64,000 nt of DNA from the human T2T-CHM13v2.0 reference genome, Homo sapiens (GCF_009914755.1 NC_060929.1), one strand, 5' to 3'; counted from the first letter of the stretch, positions 36,267 through 53,346 are shown. The notes: a model not told the origin generated them from the sequence alone. Program-made: numbers and translations.

Positions 36267-36749
36267 TAGGGTTACTGCATCTGAATTCTTAGATATGTTG
36301 AGAAAATCAACTAATAATATGTATAAAATTAATTTTTAAACTATAAAAAATAATAAACTCATTTAGTGTAAGTTTTATTATCATTATTGGGACATAGATG
36401 GAATATTTGGATAGATTATCATAAAATGTGTCACTATTATTATAAAAATCTCTGCATAGTATAGTCTATCTGCCCATTTTATTCATGAATGATAAAACAT
36501 TCCTAATTTAGTATAAAATTTACTGAGAACTTCCAGAATTTTGAATAAGTAATACTTCTAAATATAGTATCCTATGTATATTATTTATGATCAAGTAGAA
36601 TACGGCAATCAAACAAGCTCAGAGCCTATTGTTGAATCTAGGCTTAGAGAAATGAATAACAAGTGGGTTTTGTGGCTTATAACTTTGGGCTTTGAGGAAA
36701 ATATGTATACCAGCTTTTTAATATCTTGATGTTGATCCACCAACATATT

Positions 36750-37800
36750 TTATTATTTTTTGGAGGAATTTTAATGCAACAGTAAAGTACAAATAATATG
36801 ACAAGTACATATATTCTAATTATGTATACACAGCTGCTATTATCAATTTTTGAAATTATTACAAGTCAAACACTACCTAGACCAAGAAATAGAACTGCTT
36901 GGGACCCCAGAAGCCCCTTTATAATTTCCATTCCATTCTAGATAGTTACAGGATAACTATGTAACTAGATAGTTACATAAAAGCGATGTAGTTTTTATGA
37001 GGAGGTATAGAAAGATTCCAAAACTTGCCATAATTGCTGCTGCCATCTTTCCAGATAGCTATTGTCATCTTCTCCAGTAGTCTTTTTTTTCTTTCCTTTC
37101 AAAATGAAGCATTGTAGATGTAGCCAATGTCTCATTTTTAATTTACATTTTTTGTTTCATTTCCCTTTCCCTTCTTCCCAGGAAAAACCATCATTTTCAA
37201 TATTTTTAGTTGTAAAAGTACAGTTAGATAATGTAAAGTGTTGCTATACTTGAGCATTTTAAATTGTATATAATTGGTATATGATACATATGGTTCTGTA
37301 TTTTGCTTTATTAACTTAAAAATTAGCTTTTGAGATCTAAATTCTCTTTTACAATGTTTAGTATTCCTTCAAATGAAGACATAAGATTTTCTTTGTCTAT
37401 TCCCCTACTGCACCATGACAAACAATGCTGTGATTAATATTCTCATACTTGTCCTCTTGTGCACATACATAAGAATTTAATGTAAGTACTTAAAAATGGA
37501 ACTGACGGGTTTGCTTTATGCAATGGTCAATTAATAGTTGCTCCAGCATGACTGTACCAATTTATACTCTTATCAGCAGTTCAAAAGTGTCCATTACTTT
37601 ATATCCTCACCAAGTGATATTATTCAGCTTTCAAATTTTTGCCAAACTAGGGGATAAAACTTACAGTATTAATTTTAAAATTTTCATTCCTCTGATTGCT
37701 CTTGAGACCAAAATTCTCTTTAAAAAGTCTTCTAGAATATCTATGTTTAAAGCAAGAGACAAAAGGATTTTGCTCATGGGACCAAAATTCGCTTTAAAAA
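36750..37800 (-). mobile_element. Ancient L1ME-like 3' fragments
   Basis: ccaagaaatagaac...ccccagaagcccc, aacaatgctgtgattaatattct and tgtaccaatttatact motifs. Confidence 0.55.
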
Positions 37801-37808
37801 ATCCTCTA

Positions 37809-38188
<380 letters not shown>

Positions 38189-38439
38189 TCAAATTGCAAT
38201 GGTATACGGTTCTGTTGCTTCTAAATTATGTACACTATATTCCAGGGAATGATTCCACCACATTTGCTTATAAATTAGCAGAGACGGAAACCAGGATTTT
38301 TTTTCCCAATTCCCAGGTAGGTCAATTCTACAGTGATAATCCAATATTCCAATATTTGCACCATCCGGATCTGCTTCTATTGTTGAATTTTTCTCTTGAT
38401 TAGGGGTGCCATTGTCTTGTCACTTTGCATTTCTAGTAA

Positions 38440-38913
<474 letters not shown>

Positions 38914-39849
38914 TAAAAATTTGCCGTCGTTGCTGCTTCCATCTTTCCAGATAGCTATTATCATCTTGTCATCTTCTCTATTTGCCTTTTTTCTTTCTGT
39001 TCATCTTTCTTTCTTTTCTGTTTATTCTATCTGTTAGCCAGACAAGATAAGGGACTAGTCACTTTAATTCAAAAAGTGCTTTAGATGAGTCAGAGCTGGG
39101 TTGTAGTTTAGAGAAACTCAGCGCATCTCTGGTTTGTAGAAAGCACCAAGAGACTGGTAAGACTGCCTCTACGGTTCTGAAAGACTGCAAGATTCAATTA
39201 TTTTATTTACAGGTTTTGAAATCAGCCTGTTAGTCTCCTACTCCATATAGCATCAGTATCTGCAAATATCTACAGGATACTAACTCAGTGTTGAAAATAG
39301 GGCCTCCCTCTTTAATAGGTTTTGTCTCCTAATTACCATGAAACTGTGAAAGATCTAACGATCTCTTTTAGAAGTTTCTGGTCCACGTTCCTAGTCTCCT
39401 TTAACATCCCAAACCCCTGCAAATACCCTGTGGGGGAAACAGACATATATCTGGGGTTCTTCTAGATTCTAATATATCATCCTAAGCCAAATAATATCAA
39501 AAGCTTTGGTGATTTTTTTTTCCCTAATAAAGCTGCTCTGTCCTCAGTCTACATCCAGATTCACAAATGCCTTAGGGAAGAAAATGAGCTAATCTGAGAA
39601 AGGCATTTTCTTTGTTGCTTCTGCAGCAATCCGGTTTTTTCCAAATATTTTTTAAAATTTATTTTTATTATTTCTGGTTATTGCAGCAGTGGTATTTACT
39701 TCTCATGGCCTTTCTTATAAGAAAACAGAAATCCCTTGCCATTTTTCCCAATGCAAATACACTCTCCCGTGTGTCATCAGCCTGTTTATTGGGTAGAAAT
39801 TCTTAATTAGATTCATCAAAATTTTATCTTTTGGTTTATTGTAGTTTTG

Positions 39850-41520
<1,671 letters not shown>

Positions 41521-41573
41521 TAACATCAATAACAACAACAGCAAATATTTATTTGCATCTTTCTTCTACTGGG

Positions 41574-42102
41574 TTTATATATATAATATATATTTATATA
41601 TTATATAAAATATATTTATAAATATATAAATATAAAAATATATATTTATAAATATATTAAATTATATATTTATAAATATATAATATATAAATATTATATA
41701 AAATATATTTATAAATATATAAATATTATATAAAATATATTTATAAATATATAAATATTATATAAAATATATTTATAAATATATAAATATTATATAAAAT
41801 ATATTTATAAATATATAAATATTATATAAAATATATTTATAAATATATAAATATTATATAAAATATAATATATTTATAAATATATAAATATTATATAAAA
41901 TATAATATATTTATAAATATATAAATATTATATAAAATATAATATATTTATAAATATATAAATATATAAAATATAATATATTTATAAATATATAAATATT
42001 ATATAAAATATAATATATTTATAAATATATAAAATTATATATTTATAAATATATAAATATATAATAAATAAATAAATATATTTATATATAAAATATTTAT
42101 TT
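41574..42102. repeat. Pure A/T minisatellite (32-bp unit with 37-bp variants)
   Basis: No G or C for 529 bp; unit aaatatatttataaatatataaatattatata repeated in tandem. Confidence 0.95.
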
Positions 42103-42133
42103 GCATTTTTCTTCTACTGGGTTTATATATATA

Positions 42134-42255
42134 TGGTGTATATATATATAAATTTGTTTCTTTCAACAATATACTATGGTAGGTACTATTATTATTCCCA
42201 TTTTACCATTTAACAGATAAGAAAATTAAAGTACAAAAGGTTAAATAATTTACCT
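42134..42255 (-). mobile_element. MIR fragment (continues the MIR that starts near 41530 and is split by the AT array)
   Basis: ctatggtaggtactattattattcccatttta...acagataagaaaattaaagtacaaaaggttaaataatttacc. Confidence 0.7.
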
Positions 42256-42257
42256 TT

Positions 42258-42715
42258 TGAGATTTTTAACCTGGGGTGTATGAACAAAGGTTTCCATGGA
42301 TAGAATTAGGGTATCCAAAAATTTGAATCAGTTAAGGGCACATGTTTATTTCCACTAACTTGAAACTGAATTGTAGCAATTTCCCTAATTATAAATATAG
42401 TCAACAAACCACAGTAATATTAACAGTATCTGTTACTTCTTTAACAATAAAATTTTGAGATATAGTTCAAAATAACATTGGTGCTCATCACCTTTTCAAA
42501 ATTATGATAGATATCAGAGTTACTTATAGATCTTATTTACCATATTAATAAGAAGCAAGATATGCATTATTTTTATTATATACTTAATATTTAATAACTA
42601 TATTTCACTATAATTATTATCACACTACTGCATAAACTGAGGACTTCTTACATTTATTTGATGCGTATATGAGATGCAGTTCATATGTTTCACCATAAAA
42701 CAGGTTGAAATTACC
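42258..42715. mobile_element. hAT-Charlie fossil (MER113/Charlie4-like)
   Basis: ttaacctgggg...ccatggatagaatt...caacaaaccacagtaatattaacagtatctg...gctcatcac motifs. Confidence 0.65.
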
Positions 42716-43024
42716 AACATCAGATCAAGTTAATTATTAGCTATTTGAATGATAGCATGGGTATAGAACTCACTGGTAAATGATCAAAAACTAGGCTTTT
42801 GAATATTTTCATATGTTAAAAATTTCTGATATATTTAAATTCTATTTCTTCTTGAGCCAATTTTGGCATGATATCTTGCTAAAATTTATCAATGTAATCC
42901 AAATTTCCTAATTTGCATTTAAATAACTATTTATAATTTTATTTCAATACACTTTTACATCTCTGCTGTATCTGTGGTTATTTATTCATCTTTTGGTCTT
43001 TTAAAATGTTTTACTTTGTTACCA

Positions 43025-43235
43025 TTTAAATTTTTGATGATAAAAATAAATAGATTTAAGTTGTGTGTCTTAATGTTTGATATGCATTGTGAAATAATTA
43101 CCACATTCCAAGTAACTGACATATTTATCACCTCTACAGTCACCATTTTTATACCCTTGGCAAATATCACTCCATTCCTCACTTCTCCGAGCCCCTAGCA
43201 ACCACCATTTTACTCTCTGCTTCTATGAGTTTATC
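43025..43235 (-). mobile_element. L1MA-like 3' end fragment
   Basis: cattgtgaaataattaccaca...gcccctagcaaccaccattttactctctgcttctatgagttt. Confidence 0.75.
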
Positions 43236-45224
43236 CATTCTTCTGTCTGATATTACTTATTTGATTATTTCTCTTTTTACTTGTCATCTTGTCAGAGATC
43301 TAACACATTAATCTTTTCAAAGATCTTTAGGCTTTGTTAATTTTCTATGATTCTTTTCTACTTTATGTCTTTTTGTTTATTTATTTCAATCTCCTTTAGT
43401 CTAATGATTATCATCATTTTTATTTTCAACCATTTGTTGTCAGATAAGTTACAGTAGTTTTAACCCCCTGTAATATTAGATTAAGTAATGTGCTATGCAC
43501 ATTGCAATTCTAATTACACAATTAATTTCTCTGTAAATGCTGCCAAGGACAGGTCTCACTGCTGGGATTTGATTTTGATAGTCTTTTATAATAACAATGT
43601 TTGAATCTGGTCAGATATGAACACTTGAGTAAGCCTTTAAAATTTTTTTTAACTCAAGAATTGAAAGTCATGCAAATGAAGAACATGAAAACAATAATAA
43701 AAGTTAATAGATTTTTACCAAAATTTGTTAAGAAAAGGTTTCTGGCTACAAGTCTCCTTTTGACTGAACCATCTGGCCTTAATGTCTGACTTCAGAGAGT
43801 TACATCATTGACAGGAAGAAACAGGAAATGAATTTGTACAATATCTGTTTTCCTCCTTAGACAAATTTGTCTATTTGAATCCCATCTTTTACAGCTGTTT
43901 TCCTCTTTGTTTTCTAAACTTTAACCTTTCCTGGTTCTCATCATTTCTCTAACCTCAGCAACATTGTACGGTGACGTGAAGAACTCCCTGGACTTCTTGG
44001 TCTGTTTATTTGACCATGAGTACCTAACCCCAGATATCATGACAGATGCATATACAATATTAGATTCACCCTAAGGTCAGCATATGATCAGCATATATAA
44101 AGTATAGTATAGTATAGTACTATATAACTACACTACGTGATGAGAATGCATAATAGTAATGTACATGTTCACTTAAACTTTGCTCTGTTTTTCACTGTGC
44201 CAAAAACAATACAAAATTAAACAACAAACCTCTTAATAGTGTTGAAGAAACATTATTTTAGTGTAATTTTCATTACTATTTTAGTGCACTTCTTGTTCAG
44301 GCAAAGATATTGTCATATGCTTTGTAAATGTCCATGTTTTTTATACATATTATCAGGCATAGTGTTGCAGATAAAGCTTTGGGTTTGAGAGATGGAGTTA
44401 ACTTCAGAGCTGCATGTGCATGGCTATCCTGCACTCCTCTTCTACTCATGCTTAAAGATGCCATTTGAGGATGCTATTTTGCTTATACCTGCCTGGCTCT
44501 CTCCTTGTTTCTTTAAACTGAAGAGTATATAGCTTTTTTTTTTTCTCTTTTTATAGTGCTTAGTGGTGTTTTCAAATATTTTCCCCAAATCATTTTGGGC
44601 ATTACTCTTATTTGCCACCTAGATCATAAACTATGTGAAATCTTTACAATGCCCAGGAAAATGCTAGCCAAGAGTGGGTGCTTATACATCCTTGTGGAGT
44701 AGTGAAGATGAATTCAAATAAAATAATCTTGGCTGGTATGATAGGAATACGTCAGAATTTCTGTTAGTAAGATTCACCAAACTTTGGACTGCCTGGAGAC
44801 TTTTCAGTCATTGTATCATTATGAGCTGAGAATGCACTAAGAAAGCAAGAGGTCAGAGCTGAACAGCTGGCTGGCTTATCCCTCAAGGTATAATTGCACT
44901 ACTCTGTAGCTCCTACATACAGACCTAGAGGAGCCTCTGCATAAACCCACCCAGCATACATGTCTTTTAATTTGTTTTTATAAAAGTTCCTTTTGAGTTT
45001 TACTTAGGTAGGGTAGTATTTTGGGGCACTAGTGCCAAAAGTATTTTTTTGCAGTAAAATTTTAAAAGCTACTTTTTGGATACTCTGTAATTCATGAAAT
45101 AGAAAACAACCCAATTCTCTGGATGGAAAACAAAATTTTGGCAGGTAAAATGTGCCAAAATTAAAGAGTCAAGGCTTTTCCTTCAATTAGCATTCACATT
45201 CACCCATAAACTGCTTCTTTTTAA

Positions 45225-45450
45225 AAGATTATATTTCAATGGACAGATACAAAATGTATACATTTATTGGTATATGTTGTTTTGAAATATGTATATATTG
45301 TGGAATGGCTAAAAAGGGCTAATTAACATATTTATTACTTCACATACTTATCATTTTTGTGTTAAAAACACTTAAAATCTACTCTTAGCAGTTTACAAGA
45401 ATACAATACATTGTTATTAAACTACAGTCACTATGTTGCACAAAAGATCT
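45225..45450 (-). mobile_element. L1MA-like 3' end fragment
   Basis: ttgtggaatggctaaa...ctaattaacata...cacttaaaatctactcttagca...caagaatacaatacattgttattaa. Confidence 0.8.
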
Positions 45451-46739
45451 AAACTGTGTTTAATAGTTTATTCATTCAGTAATCATTTATTTAGGGAGTT
45501 CTATTTCAGACACTAAGTTAGACATTGACATCTTGGGCTTTATAGATTAAGGGAATAGCAGAGTTCATAAGGTAGGTACAATAGCCTAGACATAAGAAAA
45601 GAGAAGCAAAAATGAATGCATTGGAAAGAATTGGCGATGTTCTTTTTTTCTCATCCCCACATTTCACAAAATAAAGATTGAGGAAAATTGAGAAATTTAA
45701 TTGAATCCTTCCTAGAATGATCAATCTTGAGCACTTCCAAGAAGATAAGCCATTATAGGTAATATATTTTCTTTTTTTATTTTATATTGCTTGCACTTAA
45801 AGAGGACTAGAGAAAGAAGTCCAATGCGCAAGTTTGCAGCAGGGGCTCATTGATGCCACAGAAAGGGAAATGTGTCTTGATATTAATAGTGCTAGCTCCC
45901 AAATTAGTGCTTCCCTTGGGGAAGATATTGTGCTTAATCTAAAGAGTTCAGTAGCTAAATAACTCAATGAGATTTTATCTCATATTAGTGGAAACATCAA
46001 AAGCAACCTCCAGGCTGGTGGAGCCAATCTTGGATTAAACCACAGAACCCAGAGTTCTTAAGCCCTACTACCCTCTGTTATTGTAATGGACTTCTGTCCA
46101 TTCTGAAAAGCACTGGCCTACAGAATCTCAGGTTGCAACTTCAGACACAAAGCCATAGATTTCAACATACATGTGGGTTTGGGGTAGAATGAAAACAGAC
46201 TGAAAAATTCTGCTGTGGCTAGAGGTGAGGTTTCCTAACAAAGGAAGGGGAAGATATGAATATAGAAACTCCTAGAGAAAGGCTCATGGATAAGGAATCC
46301 TCAGACCTCAGGATAAAGAGGAGAGATTAAAATCCAGAAAATTTCTATAAAATAACTAACCAGCTCTTTAAAAGCTTTCAATTTGTGATTCTAAGAAGAG
46401 TAAAAATTAATAAGAACTTTTCCCTTTCTACTTATAACAGCCATGGGTATTATTTCATATATTTAACATACATATACACTTGTGGCAGTACACTTAATTG
46501 TCTTAGGAAAACTGAAGATACTAGTTGACACCTCTAAATGAAGTTCTGCTTTATCCCACCGCCTTCAGGAGAAGAAAATCATCATCCCATTTAGAGGACT
46601 TGGCATTTCTTTTGGTAAATGAGCAGTCAGCACTGACAGTGAGAGGAAAAGCACTGATGAAGCTGAGAAGTGATCTTCCTCAACCATTTACTTAATTCTT
46701 TCCTGGCAATGTGGCTGGCCTTTGAAATGGGGAGAGGGG

Positions 46740-47113
<374 letters not shown>

Positions 47114-47299
47114 TCACATACTAGATAATTCAGAATCATTGATTAAGAAGGTTTAATTATATAAATTGAGACAGTGGGAGATCTTCAAATAGTATTACAA
47201 AGGGCATGATTTTAATAAAGGAAATAGTCTTAAGAACACAGATGGTTAAGTACTGGCATAGGCAATTTTTTTTCTCTGCATGTCATTTAAAAATATAAG

Positions 47300-47790
47300 T
47301 TTTTACCTGTGTGGAATGGTTTATGATTGAACATAAAAACTAGAAATGTGATGGATAAGAAAACTTTTAAGGTTTTATTCTGCTATGTAATCAGATTTTT
47401 GTTTTAGGAAGCACATTCTGGTGATAATAGAGTCAGGCGCAGTAATAGCCCAGTAGCAAAATTATATATGGTGCTATAAAGTTATATATGGTGCTATATA
47501 AGTTATATATGGCATGATATAAATTAAAATTGTATATCTAAGGACCTAGTAGTGGGAATGGAGAGAATGAACATTTAGCAGGAAAAAGTGATACAATTTA
47601 GGAACAAATGGTATATAGGATGGCTCTCAAATTTCTGGCTTCAAAAGCTATATGGGTGATAGTTCCATATAAAAAAACAAAATAAGGAGAGGCAGATTTT
47701 AAGAAGACAAATTCTATTTTGGACATACGAAGACTAAGGTGACTAATGACACATTCAAGAAGAAATGTCTAGTAGGTAATGAGTCCAATC
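47300..47790 (-). mobile_element. L2 fragments
   Basis: tagtagtgggaatggagagaa, aatttctggctt and attctattttggacata...gaaatgtctagtagg. Confidence 0.55.
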
Positions 47791-48569
47791 GCCCCACATA
47801 CCACAGAACTCCCTAGATCCACTCCTGCTTGCTTCCATGATATTAGGCAGCTCATCTGGTTGGGGAATATCATGAAGAAAGAAACTCCATGGGTTTTGAT
47901 CTACTGGCTCTCCATTGTGAGGTTCATTGGTAGAGTGAATGACGGAGGGCAGATTAACCTGAACCTACTTTCATTAGTTCCTCACCCCACAGGCCTTCCA
48001 GCTGCCTGATATTTCTCTGCTGACTCCACTATTACTATTGATATCTATGAGTGACAGGATATGCTTGTTTCAAGAGACCTTGAGGTATAAGCAAGAACAG
48101 AATTTACATACGCTGTCCCATCCTCTCCTTTCGCAAGTTGGTAAGGCCACTTTGCCAATAGGCTTTTTCCATTATTCTCATCACCCCTGACACCCTGCAC
48201 ACCTATGTACAGACACACACATACAGGTACAGTAGTTCGGGAGTCTTTTGTTTTATTCTTTTTTCATTGGTTTCCCAGGGGCTTTTCATTCTTTTAATGT
48301 TAGTTCCTCAGATCCACGTTTCTGCCTTACTTGTGCAGTTTCTCCAGGGCTGATTTTAGAGGAGTGCTAGCTGACCATCTTGTCAGGATCCAAGGGCATT
48401 ATGAATCAGTAATGTCCATCTCATTTGTAATTCTTCTGAAATAACAGTCACTATGATCTTTTCTGAAGTTCAGCCTTCTTATTATCCTTAACCTTATGCA
48501 GTATTTACCCCTCAATGTTAACTTCTCAGCTCTAATTATGTACTGTCTTGGCATTCTAGAAATATCATC

Positions 48570-48690
48570 TATATTATAATAATACAGATAATATTATATA
48601 TAATATAGATAATATAATATTATAGATAATATAGATAATATAATATTATATATAATATAGATAATATTATATATAAATAATATTTCTAAA
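48570..48690. repeat. AT-rich low-complexity tandem repeat (tagataatat-based)
   Basis: Repeated atagataatattatatata-like units. Confidence 0.85.
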
Positions 48691-49267
48691 AATATTCGAT
48701 GCCAGAATTCTTGTTATCATTTGTTGCAAATCAATGACATTTAAATCAAAAGTCCCATATGGACCCAAATATTTCCATTTAAATGAAGAGAAAGGTCAGT
48801 TTCTTTCCCTAGTGATCTTTAGTAAGTTGACATTTAAATTGACACCGTGGATACATATTTATTTAAAATATCTTTTAAGATATATGTTTTTATTAGGTCC
48901 ATTTCAATTTTAGAAGCTTTTCACAGAGTACATTGGGACATGCAATGAAAAGAAGATTCCTAGAGGTCTGGTTTCTATCTATTTTTATCTGTAACGTTAA
49001 TGAGAAAAACAATATAGAGGCTATATATTGCAAAATTATTTCTCCATTTTTTTCTGTAATATGACACAAAGACAATCTTTGCAATCCTCTCTTCCTTTTT
49101 ATTCAAACAGCTACATTTTTGTCAATCTCAGCTCTATAAAATTGAACAGAATTGGGTTGCATTTCTGATGTATTCCTGACACTCCTGGGATGTTAGTATA
49201 CCTCATTCTTATCTGTTAAACAAAAACCCTGGCTTTTGTTTTTTTTCCCCTAATTAGCCAGACCAAC

Positions 49268-49725
49268 TGTATTTTTTTTATTGATACATAACAAGCCATC
49301 CCAAATACTTGTGACTTAATAATCATTTATCATATCTCACAAGTCTAAGTGTCAGCTGAGTGTCTTTGCTAATCTGGCCACGATTCATCTTGGTTGAGCT
49401 TCTTCATGTATCCGTGGTAACCTGGATGTTCAACTGGAGCCACAGCAGTGACTGCACCATGTGCCATCATCATCTAACAAGCAACTCAGTCTTGTTTGCA
49501 TGATGGAAGCAAGTTCTGAAGTAAAACCTTGGAAGCATGAATACTTCTTGGGGCTGGGACTCAGAATTTGTACATTTTCACTATTGGCCAAAGAAAATCA
49601 CAAGGCCAGCCCAAATTCAAAAAGAAGTGAAATAGCATCCTCTTGATTGGAGAAGCCTCAAAATTATGTTAGAAAGGAGCATGACTACTAGGAGGGGAAC
49701 ACTGACACCTGTTTTGCAAACTACT
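49268..49725 (-). mobile_element. MLT1 (G/H-like) solo LTR
   Basis: cataacaagccatcccaaa...tctcacaagtct...ctattggccaaagaaaatcacaaggccagcccaaattcaa. Confidence 0.75.
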
Positions 49726-51197
49726 CTAGCTTATTGCCCCTAACAATGGGCAAGAAGAAACTGAATGGTTGTGAAGCCTCACTTTCTAGGTTTTTCCTCT
49801 CTGTTCTTCCCTGACCCTTATCCCTATGGACCATTGAATTAAATCATAAGTGAATTAAACGATAATCAGAGAGGTTGCCTTCTAATATAAACATCAGTTA
49901 TAGGAAACAACTGATGTTCTTGAAGGCAGAGACTGATCTCCTTTTTTTCTTCGTTCTAAGGCGTCTCTCTGGATTGTGTGTAGTGTGGTATACTGGTATA
50001 GAAATACAACTTTTTTAAAACAACAAATATCTATTTTGATTGAGTTGGTGTCCATTCTGGTTGGTCAGTATTTATGCCATAGGTAAGCTTGAACATTTTT
50101 AATATCATCCCTGACTGTTATATATTTATACTCAGTCATTGATTTAAAAATTAAACAACTCGCTAGGACATATGGAATTCAGCTCAGAACTGAAGCCTCA
50201 GATCTAAGGTAAAGATAGTAATCTCACTCCTTTTTGTTACAGCATATACATTGTAGTTATATTCCTAGCAAAAATAAGAATTAAATTCTATATGATGAAT
50301 ATAAAACTCTGGAAATTACATCCAGGAAACTCTGCATCTAGAATTATTTTACAGGAGCAAAACTGTTCGACTCATAATACTGTACATGCCAGACAATTTA
50401 TATGCATGCATCTAGGCTTGGTATCAAATAAATGAAATCTTTTCCACCTATCCACTGAATTCAATTTAGCAGCAGCAAAATGCTCAGCTACCTATAGTCA
50501 TCATTTTTAATGGCGTTTTTTGGGAAGTGCTTCATGGTAACTCTCTAAACGTCTCCTTTCCACAACTGATTGGGAAGCCATTATTTTATTTTCGTTAGGA
50601 AGTTGAGAGTTGCACACCTTCAGAGGTAATAATTATTGCTTAGTAGAGATATAGAAGACTTTTTCAGTCTCAGTTTTAGTATTGAAGAAACATAAACATG
50701 TTTAACTAACAAACAGAAGCTAAAAATGAAGCTACAGTTAATTTTATTCTAGTAAATATTACCTCTAGTTAACTTTCTTTTTCTTTGGAGGCTCTTCCAT
50801 GTGGGGTTTAAGTAAATAAAAAAAAATGTTTTTTTTTTTTTTAGTATTACCTTAAAATGGTTCATGTGACTATGGTTAATGAATTATATTTGAATTTCAA
50901 GGACATACTTGATTTTTCTAGGCCACAGGGGAAGCTCTATTCAAAATATTCAGGTAGGAAGAGTTTTTATGTGGTATTCAGTCTCTTTTTTTCCAAAAAT
51001 ACCCCAACCTTTCCTTCACTTTTCCAACTTCCTCTGATAGTCTTGTAACCACATATTTGTTTTTTTTTTCCCATCTTCCTCCTGTACACACCTGCTCTTA
51101 GACAATCACTGGCATGAAGAAGATATGATTAACATGCATTGTAACTGTTTGAGTGGTACATATGTTTTAGTCTGGATTGTGGATCATTATCTAATAT

Positions 51198-51713
51198 CAG
51201 AGGTCCTTAACTAATGGCATACTGCCATCATCTGGCCCCCAGATTTGTTTTTAAAACATTTTAAACTAATTGCTAGAATTTAGAAATAAGGAGATTTCAC
51301 AAGAAACTTCAGATTTCTGTTAGCTCTTGAAAGAACTGAAGATCGAGGAATCCTGGCCTCCGCCTCCCAGATGGTAACAGTAAGGTGAGGCTAGGGTTAT
51401 CAGGTAAAATACAGAATACTAAGTTAAATTAGAATTTCAGTAAACAAAAAATAATGTTTTAGGACAAGTGTGTTCTGTGTAATATTTGGGGCATACTTAT
51501 TCTGAAAAACAACCCTTGTTTATCTGAATTTCTAATTTCACTGGGGATCCTGTACCTTTGTTTGTAAACTCTGATAAGCCTATCTGAGGATGAGCAGTGC
51601 TTTCTTACCTGAAATCAGGCACAAGCTCTCTAGTTTGCTGCAGACCCAATCAGCCCATTTAATTTCTTTATGTGGCCTGAGTGATCTATAAGCTTTTGAG
51701 GTTTTTACCACTG
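51198..51713. mobile_element. MER102-like hAT element, interrupted by MER53
   Basis: cagaggtcc...atctggcccccagatttgttt...ggagatttcaca...cagatttctg...tcttgaaa; the right part ends tttgagg...ccactg. Confidence 0.6.
51392..51582. mobile_element. MER53 palindromic MITE (hAT)
   Basis: tagggttatcagg...taaaatacag...gaatttcagtaaacaa / ttgtttatctgaattt...cctgta...tctgataagccta form inverted arms; central ttggggcatacttat. Confidence 0.8.
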
Positions 51714-52798
51714 TCTTAAACTAAGGAACTGGGTCTCTAATGGTACTTCTGACTTCAATTCTATAAAACAAATAAGATATTTTAGCCAAAATCATCTTAT
51801 GAAATTACCTGCCAGAGGTGAGCATCCTTGTGCCCTGGGCTCCTCCACATTTTTTCAAAGGCCTCGGAAGTGTCCACTAGACTGGAGGCTTGGCCTCTGA
51901 TCTATTCTGACCCTTTTTCAGCCTTTTCAAAATTTATCCTGCCAGGATAAAACAACAGTGAGGATGTCTGGGTTTAGACCAGTGAGAGGCCTTTACATAT
52001 TGAGATTTCCCTTGAAGCCAACAACTGTGCCTCTGTGACTAAATCCTAAGCCCAAAGGAAAATGTTAGTAGGGAAAAGTGCTTATGGTATTGATTACTAA
52101 AATTTCGAGCCAATCTTAACGTTAACAATAGGGGAAAAAGTGAAATAAATTGCAGTATATCTCTCCATTGGGCTAGTTTATCTGTATTAAGCCTGTTTTT
52201 GAAATGTTTAAAATAGTATTATGGAAGATGCCAGGAGTTAGTCTCAATGAGAATTTGTAAATAGAGTATTTGCCATAATATATAAAGAACCATATACATG
52301 GAATAAAGACTAACTGGGTAGAAGTAAATCAAAATGATAAATTATTGGTAGCCTGTGGTTACCAGAGTTATGGGACGTATTTTCCTCTTTGTCTACTGTT
52401 TCTATATTTTCTTTTTCCCCTATTTTTTTTCTAAAATGAGTAGGTATTACATTTATTTCTGTAACCATATTTTGAGTTTCCAGGAATTGTTTGATTTTTA
52501 AAATCTCTATACTAAGCTGTTAAAATGGAATCTTCTTGTCTCAATTTTTTTTTGAGGTCTGATGACAATAGAGATCAGAAGCCACAGTGAATTATATGAT
52601 AGACAACCATGGAGGGTTTTCCAGAAGTAGGTGAATACATATTTATTGGATAATTCTTAAATTCTTTATACACATCTTGGGTGTATAGAGTTGAGTAAAG
52701 AGATTTGGAGACAGTTTGTTGAGAGGATGTTCTGGAGAAGTCTCCTCTGTCACCCTGGAAAAGAGGTCAGATATTTCTGCTCATTGCCTTAAGCCTGG

Positions 52799-53346
52799 TG
52801 TATTAGTTAGGGTTCTCTAGAGGGAGAAGACTAATAAGATAGATGTATATATGAAAATGAGTTTATTAAGGAATATTGACTCATACGATCACAAGGTGAA
52901 GTCTCACAATAGGCCGTCTGCAAGCTGAGGAGCAAGGAAGCCAGTCTGAGATCAAAACCTTAAAAGTAGGGAAGCCAACAGTGCAGCCTTCAGTTTATGG
53001 CCAAAGGCCTGAGAGCCCCTGGCAAGCCACCAGTGTAGGCCCAGGAGTCCAAAAGCTGAAGAACTTGAAGTCCCATGTTTGAGGGCAGGAAGCATCCAGC
53101 ATGGCAGAAAGATGAAGGCAGGAAGACTCAGCCAGTCTAGTCCTTCCACGTTCTTCTGCCTGCTTTTTTTGTAGCCACACTGGCAGCTGATTAGATGGTG
53201 CCCACCCAGATTGAGGTTGGGTTTGCCTTTCCCAGTCCACTGACTAAAATGTTAATCTTTTTCAGCAACACCCTCACAGACACACCAGGAACAATACTTT
53301 GCATCCTTCAACCCAATCAAGTTGACACTCAATATTAACCATCACA
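52799..53346 (-). mobile_element. MLT2A (HERV-L) solo LTR, MLT2A2-like
   Basis: 548 bp from tgtattagttagggttctctagaggg to caatattaaccatcaca. Perfect 5-bp TSD cctgg at 52794-52798 and 53347-53351. Confidence 0.92.

Noticed and set aside
41574-42102. CRISPR-like array (32-37 bp periodicity)
   Set aside because: Units are head-to-tail with no unique spacers, there are no cas genes, and the context is eukaryotic.
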